Below are positions 12,811-27,114 of a DNA stretch of 64,000 nucleotides, piece by piece. Source of the stretch: Hemiscyllium ocellatum (Eukaryota); the NCBI RefSeq assembly GCF_020745735.1, contig NC_083412.1, positions 71,576,320 through 71,640,319 of the forward strand, in the 5' to 3' direction. Under the pieces are notes generated by a model that saw only the letters and a list, made by a program, of their open reading frames with translations, made no database searches and had not been told where the DNA came from. The stretch's first letter is position 1. Every line of letters starts with the position of its first letter. The translations under genes were made by a program, and so were the position numbers.

Positions 12811-13664
12811 TCTTGTGTTTGAAGGATCTGACACTCATTACAACTAACCGCTCCAAAAAGTATGTACCATATTTTTAGTGTCTCCATCCATGAAACTGAG
12901 CAGCCAATGCAACGGACTCAGATTTCCAACAAGTTGTCTTGAAGTTCCACTTTCTTTAATCACTACTACCTGTCTAAATGCCTGACATTCCTTCATTCAG
13001 CACACTCACAATACAATAGGATTTAGAGATTAAAGGAAGACTTGTTGCTTTAATCAAATCACAGCTCTGCACATTCTCCAATCTGTCATTTTCCCCTTCC
13101 CAGTTGCCTTCTCCCTTCATCACGCTACATTAGAAAGAATAAGGAGCAATGTTTCTGCCTGTCATCCAGGTATTTACATTCTCAAAATATTTTTGTTTTC
13201 CCTCAGATAGTCTCCCTTCACTGAAGCTGTTTTCCATCCACCTAATGTTCTTGGATACATCTGTCCCATTGCCTTTTCTGATTTTTTTTGCACTTCTCCA
13301 AGTCTTCTGCCCATAGCTTTCATCTTTTCTTGCCTTCTCTGCTCCCAAAGACTTTTCAGACTCACCTCACTGGGATAGTCAGTGTCAATTTGGGCACCTA
13401 ACTAATAGAGTTGCACTAATTTATCAAAAATGCCTCTTAATCCCAACCAGTACCTGGAACATTCCAGACTTTACTGACATAAGACATTCTGTTAAACCAA
13501 GTATTTCAGGAACTGAATGAAGAAACAGGTTCATAAAGTTCATAAAACTTTCACTGGAAATAATTATCACGTTAGTCCCAAATGTCTTCTTGTTTCTTAT
13601 TTCAAGTCATAAGCTAATGTGAAAATTCACTCCAGATCTGCAGTCATTTACTCACGCAGATTCA

Positions 13665-15110
13665 TAGCATTGTTAAGAGTGTAGAATGGGCCACTCGGCT
13701 CATTGATCAACACTGATTCTCTAAGCATTTTAGTTTAGTGCCAATTTTCTGCCTTTTCATTGTACAGTATTTCTATTTAAATAATCATCTAATGAATGCT
13801 TCAATTGAATGTGCTGCTATCACACCTTCAGGCAGAGCATTCCATATCCTCACTGCTCGTTGTGTGAACAAATATTTTCGCACCTCACACTTGCTTCTTT
13901 CGCAACCACTTTAACACTGAGATGTCTGGTTCTTGTTTTGTTTGAATGGCTATGTCTCTCCCTATCCACTCTGTCCAGAGTACTCTCTATTTTGAGAATT
14001 TCTATCATTTGTCCTTCTAGCCTTCTCTTTAAAGAAAACACATCTCAACTTTTCCAATCTTGTCTCATAACTAAAGTGGGAGAAAGTGAGGACTGCAGAT
14101 GCTGGGGATCAGAGTTGAGATTGAGTTGCTGGAAAAGCACAGCAGGTCAAGCAGCATCCATGGAGCAGGAGAATTGATGTTTTGGGCATAAATCCTTCAT
14201 CAGGAATGAGACTTGTCATCTACTGCATCTGTTGCACCCAGTGTGGTCTCCTCTACATCAGGGAGACAGGACGCCTTCTTGCAAATCGTTTCAGATAACA
14301 TCTCTGGGACACCAGCACCCACCAACACCACCGCCCCTTGGCTGAACACTTCAACCCCCCCCTCCCACTCCGTCAAGGACATGTAGATCCTGGGCCTCCT
14401 CCACCACCAAACCGTTACCACCCGACAGCGCCAAGGGTGCTGATGTCAATGCTGAAGCCACAAAGTTACATGGAACGCCTCATACTCCACCTTGGGACTG
14501 TGCAACCACACGGGATAAATGTGGATTTCAACAGCTTCCTAATTTCCCCTCCCCCCACATTATCCCAGTCCCAAGCCTCCAAATTGGCACCACCCTCCAG
14601 ACCTGTCCATCACTCCCCCCTCTGACCAATCATCTTCTCCCTCACCTTCATCCACCTATCACTTTCTCAGCTACCTTCCCCCCAACACCACCTCGCACCC
14701 CCCCCCCCCCCACCCCACCACCATTTATCTCTCAGCCCCAATCCAAAAGCCTCATTCCTGATGAAGGGTGTATGCCCAAAATGTTGATTCTCCTGCTCCA
14801 TGGATGCTGCCTGACTTGCTGTGCTTTTCCAACAACCCATTCTCGACTCATAACTGGAGTGACTCATCTCCGGAACAATTTTCGTAATCCTCTTCTGCAC
14901 AATACATTCACATCCTTCCTATAGTGTTGTGGTTAGAACTGTACACAAGACTCCAATGGAGAGCTCATGAGTGTCTTAAACAAGTTCATCATAATCTCCC
15001 GGCTCTTGTACTCTATGCCCCTATTTATGAACCTAGAATATTGTATGCATTATTAACAGCTTTCTACCTGTCCTGCCAGCTTTAATAACTTGCAAACAGC
15101 CTGTTCTCTC
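13665..15110 (-). mobile_element. Old CR1 3' fragment interrupted by a Penelope fragment
   Basis: ORF 13850-14041 FSLKRRLEGQMIEILKI..LDRVDRE and MQKRITKIVPEM..SYE at ~14900. Confidence 0.7.
14073..14846 (+). mobile_element. Penelope-like element 3' fragment (GIY-YIG remnant) with inverted pseudo-LTR
   Basis: Inverted pLTR 14078-14207, then CGLLYIRETG..AEHFN..RLILHLGTVQPHGINVDF, pLTR with decayed hammerhead motif at ~14755; TSD CTCATAACT at 14064-14072 and 14847-14855. Confidence 0.88.
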
Positions 15111-15189
15111 TGTATAAAACAAAAAAGTACTATTTTAAATGAGCAATCTCTCCATGTTCTTTGTAGCAAAGAAATAAGAAATATTCAAA

Positions 15190-15785
15190 TAATATGGATT
15201 GGTTTGGTGAAGAGGCCAAAGATGGGAGGATGAAATTTAACGTGGATAAGTATGGGGTTATCCATTTTGATTAGAGGAATAGAAAGACAAATTATCTAAA
15301 ATGGAGAGAAACTTCAGTGTGCTTTGATGCAGAGTGTCCTTGTGTATGAATCCCAGAAAACTAGAACGCAGATACAACAGGTAAAAAAAAAGGAAGGCAA
15401 AGAGAATTTTGGCATTTATTACTAAAGGAATAGTGTATAAAAAGTAGGGAAGTGTACTGCAACTGCACAAGACAAAACATTTGTGAGCCCGAACTTTGAG
15501 CATTGTATACAATTTGGTTCCCCTTGAGGGATGTAGTTGTATTGGAAGCAGTTCCGAGGAGGTTCACTGGATTGATTCCAGAGATGAGGGGTTAGTCTTA
15601 TGAAGAGAGATCAAGCCCTTTGCATTCTGAAGTTTAGAAGAATGAGAGAGGATTTAACTGCAGTATACAGGGCAATAAAAGGGATGAATAAAGTAGAAAA
15701 GATGTTTCTACATGTGGAGCAATCTGGAACAAAGTCATCATTTTAAGATAAGGGGCTGAGATTTAAAACAGAGATGAGGAGAAAC
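15190..15785 (+). mobile_element. Old CR1 RT C-terminal fragment
   Basis: Decayed WAK.WEM.FNVDK..VIHF..LEHCIQFG..RRFTGLIPEM. Confidence 0.7.
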
Positions 15786-18700
15786 AAGAGTGTAATATGT
15801 GTAATTGCTAATGACGTTGCAATTTCTACTCACTTCCTTCAATGCCCCTGGGTGCAGCATATCTGGTCCTGGTGCCATGTCACCTTTGCGTACCAACAGC
15901 TTATCCAATTCAATGGCTTTTTCATTTTAAACCCTTCTAGTGACTGCATGTACTCTGTCTCCCTAGCCTGAGCAGCATACGCCACTTGGTGAAGACAGAT
16001 GCAAAGTATTCAGTCAACACCTCAGACATGTTCTTTGTCCTCTCTTCAATACACAACTGAAACAAAACCTAACTATGAAGAAAACCCAGTTAGGACATAA
16101 TTTATGTCTGTAGTTGACACATTTTCTAACATAATATTTGGATCAAGGTATTGTGCTAAATGAATTGATATGCAACGTATGGAATCGTGTGCTAGTGCAG
16201 ATCAATGCCAAGGTTGTGGTCAGTATTGGGATGAGGGGACTGGATGGTTTGCAATTGCATGAGCTTTAGAAAGCAGGAATTGGAGGTTGTGATAGAAGAG
16301 AGAATGGAAACGTTTTGGGAGCGTGGCCAATTGAGAGAATCACAGATAGATTTAAACAAATAACTTACTTGCTGCCTACCATATGCCTGCTTTCCCTGAA
16401 CTAATTCAGGGGAATCCAATTTTGCAAAGTGATGATATTGGGGCTCATGGGTCCAAGTAGTGTTCAAAGAGGGTTAAGCCAATTTCAAGGCACTTTTCTA
16501 TACTTAATTACACATTACACCTGCTGCTTTATACTCAAATTATGCTGACATGATGCCACCACTTCTTTTGATAGAATTACTGGTCAGTAGTATTATGGGT
16601 TATTCTCCTCCCCTCAGAAGAATGGTGTACAGAGTAATCAATCTGCTCTCCTTTCTTCAGGGTTTTGCCAAAGTTCTGCAAAGGTTACTGCATCAGATCT
16701 GAGAATCTTTTAGGAAACTCTGCCATTTTTTTTTCTTCTTTCCCTAATTCAGTACATTCTTATGGAATTCAATTAGATTGGGCCTTAACTGAGTTCATTG
16801 CATATTTGAATTTTAAATTGCTTAAAAATAAAAGCATCACAAAAAAAGCCTGCACAGATTAAATCAAAGGAAATAGAAACTGGGGTTGATTTAACATAGA
16901 TGACCTATTTTCTATGACACATTTTAAACTGGCACACAAAGTCAAAATCAATTTAACTTTTCCTTCTAAGTTTAATAGCTTGGAAGGTACTTAAGGGTTG
17001 GAGTCAGGAATTCACAATTGGCTGACAAGTCTAAAAGACGAGCCTCTGATTGACCTCAGGGTTTAGTCAAGTTCCTCACAAATATCTATCTGAAAAATGA
17101 TCTTAAAAAGGTCCTGGAAAGTTTAAATGTATTTGAACAGCCAAGTGTCATATTTGTCTCTATACTTTAATGACCTATAACAGATCTGAATTCCAGCATT
17201 GTGAGGAATATTCTTGGAAACAGTGGAAACCAGGAACTGTAGATGAAGTACCTGGATGGGGATATTGAAGACAAGATGAGCAATCATAGTTGTTAAAATG
17301 CAAATCTTTTTCTTTCAGTTGGTATAGGCTGTAATAGATGGTTAGCATGCACCAAAATCAGGCTCCAAATTATCAAAAATGGAACACCATTAGAACTGAC
17401 CAAAGTGGCTCAGTACAATTTACAATCATACAATATAACAAAAAAAATTAACACCTTCCAATAATATTAAATGGTTAATTATTTAGTAACAGACCATATT
17501 AAAATACTGCAATCTGATCAGCTGAAGTGTATGGTTAATTTTCAAAGTTAAGAAGCCCTGAGTGCAAGTGGTTTAGTGTTACATCAGTCATTCTGGGAGG
17601 TCATAGTGGATTTATCTATTAGCGTGTGACATTAAAGGGGATTTAACTATGACAAGATCTATACTTGAATCTAGAATTTATTGAACAAGTTAAAAAGTAA
17701 GTAAAATGTGATAACTAGTAAAAGTGTAATTGAATAACAGTAACAGCTTATATACAGTATAACTTAACAATCTGTGAAAAACTCAAGACTTAATAGGCTT
17801 TATCTTTCACGCTACAAGTTGAGTTTGGTTTGAATTTTGTTCAATACTTCATGTGTAATAAAAGTATTTCTTCAAATAGAATTCAGGCAGACAGAATTAG
17901 GACAGACATAATCAATTCCAGATAAGCAGATATTCAACATTATCACTCAGCAAAAATAGACACATCTTGTTCATTGCAATTGTGGATAATTTTTTATTCA
18001 AACTTAAAATCCTCTATATCATCCATATTAAGGGCATTAAATTAAGTTAATTCAATTCCAAAGTTCATCTGAAAATTCACACGATTCAGAAATATGTAAC
18101 ATGTTGGTCTAATTTTCTTTTCGATTGAGTTCATAGTTTTGTTATCCTTTTGTTTAGCTCTGTGCCTGACAGAACATAGGAACAAATACATTTTGAATAT
18201 ATCTGGGTTACTGTAATCATTTACAAAGCTTTTTAAGTGTTAATGTCTGACATCAGTTTATTATACCTGACATCTTTCACGGAGAACAATGTTTTTTGAA
18301 AAAGGAAGAAACATGGACCCAAAATGGCTGCAGTGATCATGTGACCACAGATGGAGGTAAACTTTGAGAGCCCTTTGTGGAATAAATGAATCCACCTGCA
18401 TTGGTATTACCATTCTTATCTAAATGAAACAAAGCAAATGAGACAGCATCAAAAAATCTGTATTTTCTATTTTAATGATAAGTTTACATATTGAGATATT
18501 TAAGGCCCATTTGCCAGCTGGCCAACTTGGAAAGACAATGGAGCTACACTTAGAATATTGTTCAGTGTGTATTCCTAAGAGATGACTTTTTGAGTGGAGC
18601 GAGAGAGGAAAAATTGAGTTTGTAAACAAATACTAGAAACTTCTCCTGCTTTCCTTATCTGTTGCTCTCATAGTCTTTGAATATACTACTTGGTGAAAAA

Positions 18701-20571
18701 AAACTTGGAAAAAACCAATCCTTTACCAAGAACTTAAGTGAGGCAGGGTTCAAGAAAATTCTACTTGCTAGCTCCCTATTGGATGTAGTCCACTGGGAAC
18801 AGGGATGATAGTATTGCGATCATGAATCAACCAGTTCCTCAATGATGGGCACATCTATCCTTCCACTCACATCCTGTATAAAGTGAGGCATACGCTACCA
18901 ATGAAAGGACTCACTTGGAGATGAAAACAAATGTTAAAATAAATGGTCTCCTGGTGGGATTTTGACAAATTGAAAATGAAAATCACTACTAGCTTTCTCC
19001 ATGTAGTTGCACTGAATTACGTATGCCAACCCAATAGTCAAAACTTGTAGAATATTGGCCTTTGAGGTAAGTTCTGAATGAAAGGGGATAGTAGAGCTGT
19101 GAGAAATTGGGAGTTGCATCTCCAATAAATACAACGCTGCTAAGAAGGCCAGAAGCATGTGGGTGGTTTGTTTTGAGTTCCAGCATCCCATCTGAGAGGT
19201 CAGTTGTTTCCATTGATAATAAAAAGCTCACTTTGAGAGTAAACATGCTCAAGGAAATAAAGATGGCTAGGACTTAGAAGGACTTACCAGTTTTCAGACT
19301 ACATAGTTGTATTCCGTGCTTCTACTCAGACTTTGTATTTATTGTCTACTTGGCCTATTTCTCAAGATGTAATCAGACAGTAAGGGTATTCCAGTCAAAA
19401 AAATCAGTCTTACATAGAATGGAAAGGAATTTAACCCCAGATGTAGGCAACAGAAAGGTTGTGCACTTGCGATAATTGGAAATAAAGACCAGTACAAAGT
19501 TCAAAAAGCAGATGTGAAATGCATAATGCAAACTTAGGCATTAACCACATTCCCTGCCTACTGGAGGATTTCCCTGGCAACCCAAGCCCCAGATGTTTGG
19601 CTTGGATTCTGTGCTATCTGAGGACAGACAAAAAAAAGTTCTTGGTTTTATTTTCCCCAAGTCAATAATTGAATCAAATATATTCACATAAAGAACAGGG
19701 TAGGTGACAGAAGGAAAATTGCATAATGTGTACCAAATACCTATGCAGCCGCTCAGTGCGAGAGTGTAGCAGTAGCCATTGGTCAGACCACATGGAGGCC
19801 CTGTGTGCTGATCTGCTGCAGAGAGGCTTTGGAGGGAGACTGTAATGTTTGTCTTTTCAACCTTGCATCTTGTTTTTCAGATCTATGGTTGCATTGTGTA
19901 TACCTGTAATGTAACGATTTTTTCTTCATTTCTCTATTCTGTAACTAAGGATTGTACCTAAGTACTCTATACCAAAGGTGGTGCCATGTGCTGGTGATGT
20001 TGTTATGTTGTAGCTAATCTTGTAACCAAAGAAGCTGTAAGATGGCGCTGTAAGTGGCAACTTCTAAACTTTTCACTGTACAATTTGAATACATTATACA
20101 GTAATATGATACAGTTCAATTCAATAAATGTGCAAAAGCTTAAGAACAGCAATTTGAAACTTTGAAAGCATTCAACAAAATAGAAATAAGCAGCACGTGA
20201 AGGAGGAGAGGAAAAGAATAAGAAGGGAGCACGATAAATTTCTTTATATGACAAGTTGCAAGTCTGTGAAATTTACTTCCACACTGGTTTTAGCAGAAAC
20301 AAGACAATACAAGATGATTGCAAGGTAAAATACTCATGAAGTAATGTAGAGAGACAGTTCAAATATAATCTGGATCTATTCTTTTGAAATGAAATGGTGG
20401 AGCATCCAAAGCAACATATCTTGGATTAAAAGAAGTGAATGTTATAATAAAACGGAAAAGAAGTTGCTCATAATGAATGTCAAAAAGAGTATTCAGGATA
20501 GTAATAGGAGGTTGAAAGCTTCGTATTTGAAGGGTCACCCAAATGGGTCTTACATCACTGGAAGAAGCAAT

Positions 20572-22170
20572 GAACATAGAACAGTAAAGCACAGTACAGA
20601 CCCTTCAGCCCTCGATGTTGTGCCAACTTTTTATCCAACTTGAAGATCAAACTAACCCGCATATCCTTCATTTTACAATCATTCATGTGTCTATCCAAGA
20701 GTTACATAAACGCCCCTAATGCATCTGACTCTACTACCACAACTGGCAGTGCATTCCATGCACCCACCACTTTATGTAAAGAATCTACCTCTGACATCTC
20801 CCCTAGACCATCCTGCAATTATCTTAAAATTATACCCCCTCGTAACAGCCATTTCTTTCCCTGGAAAAAACACTTTGGCTATCCATTCTATCTATGCCTC
20901 TTATTATCTTGTACACCTCTATCAAGTCACCTCTCATCATTCTTTGCTCCAATGAGAAAAGGCCTAGCTCCCTCAACTTTTCTTCATAAAACAAGCCCTC
21001 CAGTCCAGACAGCTTCCTGCTAAATCTTCTCTCCACCCTCTCTAAAGCTTCCACATTATGCCTATAATGAGACAATTAGAACTGAACACAATATTCCAAG
21101 TGCGATCTAACCAGGGCTTTATAGAGCTACAAGGTAAAAACAATGACTGCAGATGCTGGAAACCAGATTCTGGATCAGTGGTGCTGAAAGAGCACAGCAG
21201 TTCAGGCAGCATCCAACGAGCAGCGAAATTGACGTTTCAGGCAAAAGCCCTTCATCAGGAGAACTACAGCATAACCTCGCAGCTCTTAAACCCAATCCCC
21301 CTGTTAATGAAACCAACAAACAATCCTATCAACTTGGGTGATATATGGACATGGATCCCAAGATCCCTCTGTTCCACCACACTTCCAAGAATCCTATCTT
21401 TAACTCTATAATCTGCATTCAAATTTGACCTTCCAAAACAATTCATTTCACACTTTTCCAGGTTGAACCCTATCTGCCACTTCTCAGCCCAGCTCTGTAT
21501 CCTGTCAATGTACCTTTGCAACCTACAACAGCCTTCCACACTATCGGCAAACTTACTAACCCATCCTTCTACTACCCTATCCAAAACATTTATAAAAATC
21601 ACAATGAGCAGAGATTCTAGATCAGATCTCTGCAGAACACCACTGGTCATCGAGCTCCAGGCTGAATATTCTCCATCTACTACCACCCTCTGTCTTCAAT
21701 GGGCCAGCCAATTTTGTACCAAGGCAGCCAAATTTCTTTGTATCTCATGCATCCTTACTTTCTAAATGAGCCTACCATGGGGAACGTTTTCAAACGTCTT
21801 GCTAAAATCCATGTATACCATATACACTGTTCTACCTTCAATGTTTTTTGTCATATCCTCAAAGAATTCAATAAGGCTTGTGAGGCATGACTTGCCCTCA
21901 CAACACCATGCTGACTATCTCTAATCAAACTATGCTTTTGCAAATAATCATAAATCCTCTCAGAACCCTCTCCTATAATTTGCCCACCACCAGCATAAGA
22001 CTGACTGGTTGATAATTCCCAGTGCTATCCCTATTCCCTTTCTTGAACAAGAGAATAACATTTGCCACCCTCCAGTCATCTGGTACTATGCTGTGGACAG
22101 TGAGGATGCAAAGATCATTGTCAAAGGTGCAGCAATCTCTTCCCTCATTTCCCATAAGAGCCTTGGGTAT
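20572..22170 (-). mobile_element. CR1 RT + 3' end, decayed, carrying a mini-Penelope insertion
   Basis: ORF pieces VPDDWRVANVILLFKKG..NYQPVSL, WVSKFAD, LERVERRFSRKL. Confidence 0.88.
21132..21259 (-). mobile_element. 128-bp mini-Penelope pLTR insertion with hammerhead core
   Basis: rc CCTGATGAAGGGCTTTTGCCTGAAACGTC at 21231-21259; TSD AGAGCTACA/AGAACTACA (21123-21131, 21260-21268). Confidence 0.85.
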
Positions 22171-22479
22171 ACCCCCAAGGATTCAGCATCAACAAAGCAG
22201 AAGCATTGGTCAAAATTTTTCAACCCTTATTGGCTAGATGAAGAGTTTGGGAAATCTGAAAGGTTGTTCAATTTATGTCACTATTCAGGAAAGGGGAGAG
22301 AAATTAAAGGTCAATAAGCCTAATATCAGTGGTGGTTAGTGATTATGAATCATTAACAGGTCTAAAATAAAGATGCATTTGGAAAAGTATGGGTTGATCA
22401 AGGAGCACTTGGATTGATGCAAATAAAGCATGTCTGATTTACTTTATAAGTTTGATCAGGTTAAACAAAATATTTATGA

Positions 22480-22770
22480 AGGTTGCACTGCAGATATTTA
22501 GCCTTAAGTTTGATAATTGCCAAATTCAGGTGTTGGGATCCCAATGGGCGATTATTCCATATCCAGTTAAAGATTCATCAATGGGCTCAAGTGGGATAGA
22601 ATTGATAATGTTCGGAAGTGAATTTGGAGATACAAGTTCTCTCAATGTTGAATTTGATGAATTCTATTCATCCAGCATTGGACGTCTGACAATTTAGCAA
22701 CTGTGGAAGTATTGAGAAAATTGGTGAAGTAGAGCTGGATGGCATCAGCATGCATATAAAAACTACACTC
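22480..22770 (-). mobile_element. L2-type LINE RT relic
   Basis: FYMHADAIQLY..STVAKLSDVQCWM resembles the L2 YADDTQLY..LSDIQ.WM motif. Confidence 0.6.
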
Positions 22771-24074
22771 GAGGGAGGTAAGGTGTAACAGCGTGGGATC
22801 AGGATTCACTTCAGGTCGGAGATGCATGTTAACCATACCTGGTAGATTTAAATCATAGTAAACTGTTTGATATGGAGGAACCAAGTGTAGCAATAGTAAG
22901 TGGTAAGGCAGCCATTTTTTAAAAAATTGCAGAGCATATTTTCATTTTTGGCAATGAATGGGCTTCCTACTAAATGTAAATGCAGAAGGCTTTAAATGTT
23001 TTTAAATTAGATCAATTGTTGCATTCATTCATTTTATAATGTGAGGGGAATGAAATAAAAAGGACACATCTGGTTTCAGCATCACCATTTGTAGAGAATG
23101 AGCAAATAATTTTGCTTTTACAAATTTAGTGTCAGTCAGCCAGTGAGACAGAATGGTCTAAGTTGAATCCTTCAATCCAGTGATAAGCACCTCGCTGAGG
23201 AGCACTTACAGGCACAATATCAAAATCTATTACTCTACAGCTATAAGCCACGTACTGGCTCCAAGTGGACACTTTAGTACAAGGTAATTCCAGGTACACA
23301 TTTACGGTTGCAACATTTTTGGCCTCAAATGTTTTCACAAAGTATTAATAATTTGCCAGAAGCAGTTGCATGGTTGAACAATATCTTCTGTGTGGGATCA
23401 GCATTAAGAACAGCTTATTTGTGGCAACTGTTAACCCAGAGTTAAAATCCTAACAATAGTTCTTGCCTCACAATGAGCACCATTCCACTGCTGAATAAAG
23501 TTGGATGGAGACAAGGATTGTAAATAAAACAGGAGACCTGAAAAGCATACAATGCACTTTATACAGGCTTTTAGGTTCACAAGACCAGTACAGTTACTTG
23601 TCCAACTTTTAGTATTCAAAAGTAAAATCTCTCATGTTACTAATGCTGACGCATCTTGAAAGTAAGTGATTGATGTCAGTAATTTACTCTTCAAAGCTTT
23701 GTATTCCTATTCTTTTTAGAAATATTGCATTCAGTTGTAGGATAAGACTGACTTTTGTTGAGTCCTTTTGGCATCTGGTGCCTAGTGCTACTGAATCCAT
23801 TATTCTCCTATGCTTCACAGAGTCAAAGAATGTAGTAACATAACCCAGCTTACTCCTCCTGCATAGCAAGGTCCTTTAACTTTTAAAAAAAAACAAAATG
23901 GCTCTATTAGAGAGAATCCCACACACTGCCAGATCATTTAATGAAAGAGAATGATGCAGCAACTGCAGCTCCATTGTAGTTCCTTTAATATCCAACCAAA
24001 ACCAATGTCGTTCACAGATGCACAAATCAGAAAAAGATGTGAGATAAGGAAGATTATATTAGGGGCAGCAGTTA

Positions 24075-24411
24075 AAGAATCCCTGCAATGTGGAAGCAAA
24101 CCATTCAGCTCATCAAGTCCGCAATGATCCTTTGAAGAGCATCATAGCCACAACCACACCCACCCTCCTGCCCGATCTCCGTATTTCCCATGGCTAATCC
24201 ACCTAACTTACACATCCCTGGATACTCCAGAGGAATTTAGCATGGCCAATCCACCAGATCTACACATCGCTGGACTGTGGGAGGGAACTAGAGCACCTGG
24301 AGGAAACACACATGGACTTGGGGAGAGCGTGCAAACTCCACAGACAGTGGCCTGAGGGTGGAATCAAATCCAGATGCCTGATGTAAGGCAGCAGTGCTAA
24401 CCACTGAGCCA
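24075..24411 (-). mobile_element. HE1 SINE, older copy
   Basis: ggcagcagtgctaaccactgagcc head, gaatccc tail, V-domain. Confidence 0.8.
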
Positions 24412-25017
24412 AATGAGTTTTAAGAAATGTCTTAAGTGAAGGAAGAGATGTGGAGGGAATTTCAGAATTTTGAGTGACAGAATTTATAATCTCTATTTAT
24501 TAGGATTTGAGGGAACTATTTCGTCAAGGTTAGAAATGTGATGTTGTGAAATTGAACACACTTTCTCCACTTATCACCAAATATCAGCATCGAACATTCT
24601 TATTCAGTATACTTTTGGAATCGTTAAAGTTCACTCTAAACCAATGAATGGATCTTTTCAGAAAGCTTAAAAAATTCCTTACAGTAATTATGTGGTTTTT
24701 CCATCTGGTCATACCAACCAGGTTTTTTAAGAGTAAGCATTTCTTATCTGGTGCTAAATTATAAACAGTTTGTTCAATAAAATCACACTCAATAAAAACG
24801 AAGAGCTGAAGTTTCCTGTTTGCAGTTAAAATGTGAATGAATTTCATAGTTTCTGGACCCACGTTGCCTGGGACAAGTTTTATCATGTAATCCTTTGCTT
24901 TTCACCTCAATTTATTAATTAAGCAACAGGCAGTTGGGCATATTTCTCAAGGAACAGGCTGGCAAGTGAGGCATAAATACTTGCTGTAGTTGAGACTTTC
25001 CTGTTAGTCTGGTACTA

Positions 25018-25670
25018 CAGGTAGTTCTCCGATAATGCTGTGGTTATGTTCCAGCCAAACCTCACTTAATAGAAATAATGGCGCCAAAGGGAAAAGTGGG
25101 GTTCGCCCAAAAGCCTAACACAAAAAGTAGAGCACAGCCTGAATGAAGGTTTAAAATCATATTTATTAACAAAACTAAGTAAATTTAACACATTACATTG
25201 AAAAAAATATTGTTAATGCAGGGACAGAGGATCATCACCATCACCACCTTCAGGTGCAGCTGTGGTTGCAGTAGTGGATGGCTGTGATTAATTGACTTCT
25301 GACTATTTCTTGGGGGTTGGTTTAGATTGTATGATATGCAGGTACAAGAACAAATGAGAAAGGCAAATGGTATGCATAAGAGTAATGCACTTCTGCAGGA
25401 ATTATGTAGAGCTTGCACAAAAATATTCTTGTCTCAGAGGGAGAGCAATGAACATTAGTTGAATTTTTGAGATGAAGCTGCTTAATGTGTAGTATCAGAC
25501 CTCCTGCATGCTCTGCCGATAGCTGACATTGGCACATGCACAGAACGCAGCATGCAAAACAATCGCCGCTGGAATTGCACTATTGCGAAGAGGCAAGCAT
25601 TCTCAAAAATACCGTTCCTAATTCTTCAGCGACATTATAGCCAAAACACGCTTTATACAAGAACTACCTG
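25018..25670. mobile_element. Tigger/pogo-like MITE (~650 bp)
   Basis: TIRs CAGGTAGTTCT(CCG)ATAATGC and rc CAGGTAGTTCT(TGT)ATAAAGC; TA at left, TG at right. Confidence 0.75.
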
Positions 25671-26479
25671 TGTAGATAAAGCTCAGCTGCCCATTATTTC
25701 AGGTCAGGAATGATGGTGGAGAGGGATAGAATAGGATGTGTGAGAGAGGGAGAACACACACTGAGTGGAGAATTAGAGGCAGTATGTGCAGTTGCTAAGA
25801 TGGGACCAGTGAGTGGAGAAATAGAATGGGACTTCTCAGGAGGGGGAGTATGGGGTTTGTGCAATAGGTTACTCTCAAGTTCTTCAAATTCAATGACCTT
25901 CAAAATGTAAGTTGCCCACACCTACAAGTAATTGATGCCCAGCCAATATAAAGAAAATTTGAGGGATCATTGGTGCTGAGTGATTTGTTGCATTTTAAGG
26001 ATATGGCCAACAGAGTCTTCGATAACACAAGTTTATGGTTGCCAGGAAATGGAAGCCACCTTAGTACTTAACAGAGTAGGTCTATGATTGAAAGGATAGG
26101 GATAAGCGTTTCAGGAACAGATAAAGCGAGGCTGGAATGGAATCAGATAATAGAATTGGAAAAAGGCAAATCATAGTGATGGCACAAGAATGTGATGTGG
26201 AAGCTTATCTCAAGGCCAAATATGATACAGTCAGGTTTCAACCATCAAACGAACACTGTGCTTCAGCATCAAACAGTGCCAAGGAGAGGGGTGAAGTTAC
26301 ACATAACAACTTAGTAGCAGGAGAGCCTCCAATCAATAGCAAAGGATTAATGCTCAACCATGCAAGTATTAAACTGGGTCAGTAATGATGCAAGAGTTCA
26401 GATAGTGGCATGACTCTGAGGAAACGTGTTACTATATAAACCTTGTGCCATGTCCAAGAGTACAAATAGTTCATAGAAT

Positions 26480-27113
26480 ATTGAATAGAATGCAACAAGG
26501 AAAGGATCACATCAACTTTTGCAAAACAGAAAACAGGAGATTGAGGTAACACTTCACAAAAGGGTTGATTTCTCTAGTGACTAAGCCAACAAACTGGTGT
26601 TTTAGGGTGGTACCAATCCTAAAACTCAACAGCTTCCTAAGAATGGTATGGATCCGACAATGAAAGAAAAGCAGATCAGAGACAGAAATGTATCCTATGG
26701 GTTCAGTGAATGAAAAAGGTTGACAGTGCTAGCAAAGGGAACCATTTTCGCCTAACCTAATGCCAACAGTGGTTTCTGGCAGCTACCAGGAGCTGAAGTA
26801 TTCAAATTCGGAAGTGATAATATTCAAACCATTTAAACGGTATTGCTTTAAACCACTTACCTTTTGGTATGACTTCCAAACTGAAATCTCCAAAAAGCAA
26901 TGATAAACAGTTCAAAAGGAATTAAAAGACCTCATCTGCCATATGGATAGCATTCAAGTTCATGGTTAAATGAAAACTGAAAATGACAAAATGGTCAGAG
27001 GAGTTCTGAAAGCTTTGTAGAAAGCAGGACTAAAGTTGAAGGAAAATATAAGTTCTTTAAATCTACAATATTCTTGTGGCATATTGTCCATGCAACAAGC
27101 ATTAAATCAGATC
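26480..27113 (+). pseudogene. Ancient Gypsy reverse transcriptase relic (different family)
   Basis: Frameshifted PTNWCFRVVPILK..NANSGFWQL..RYCF..LPFGM..ICHMDSI..AGLKL motifs in RT order. Confidence 0.65.
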
Positions 27114-27114
27114 T

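Noticed and set aside
13103-13168. Candidate 66-nt exon (cccag|TTGCC..CCAG|gtattt)
   Set aside because: Peptide not recognisable and donor site weak; no supporting neighbouring exons
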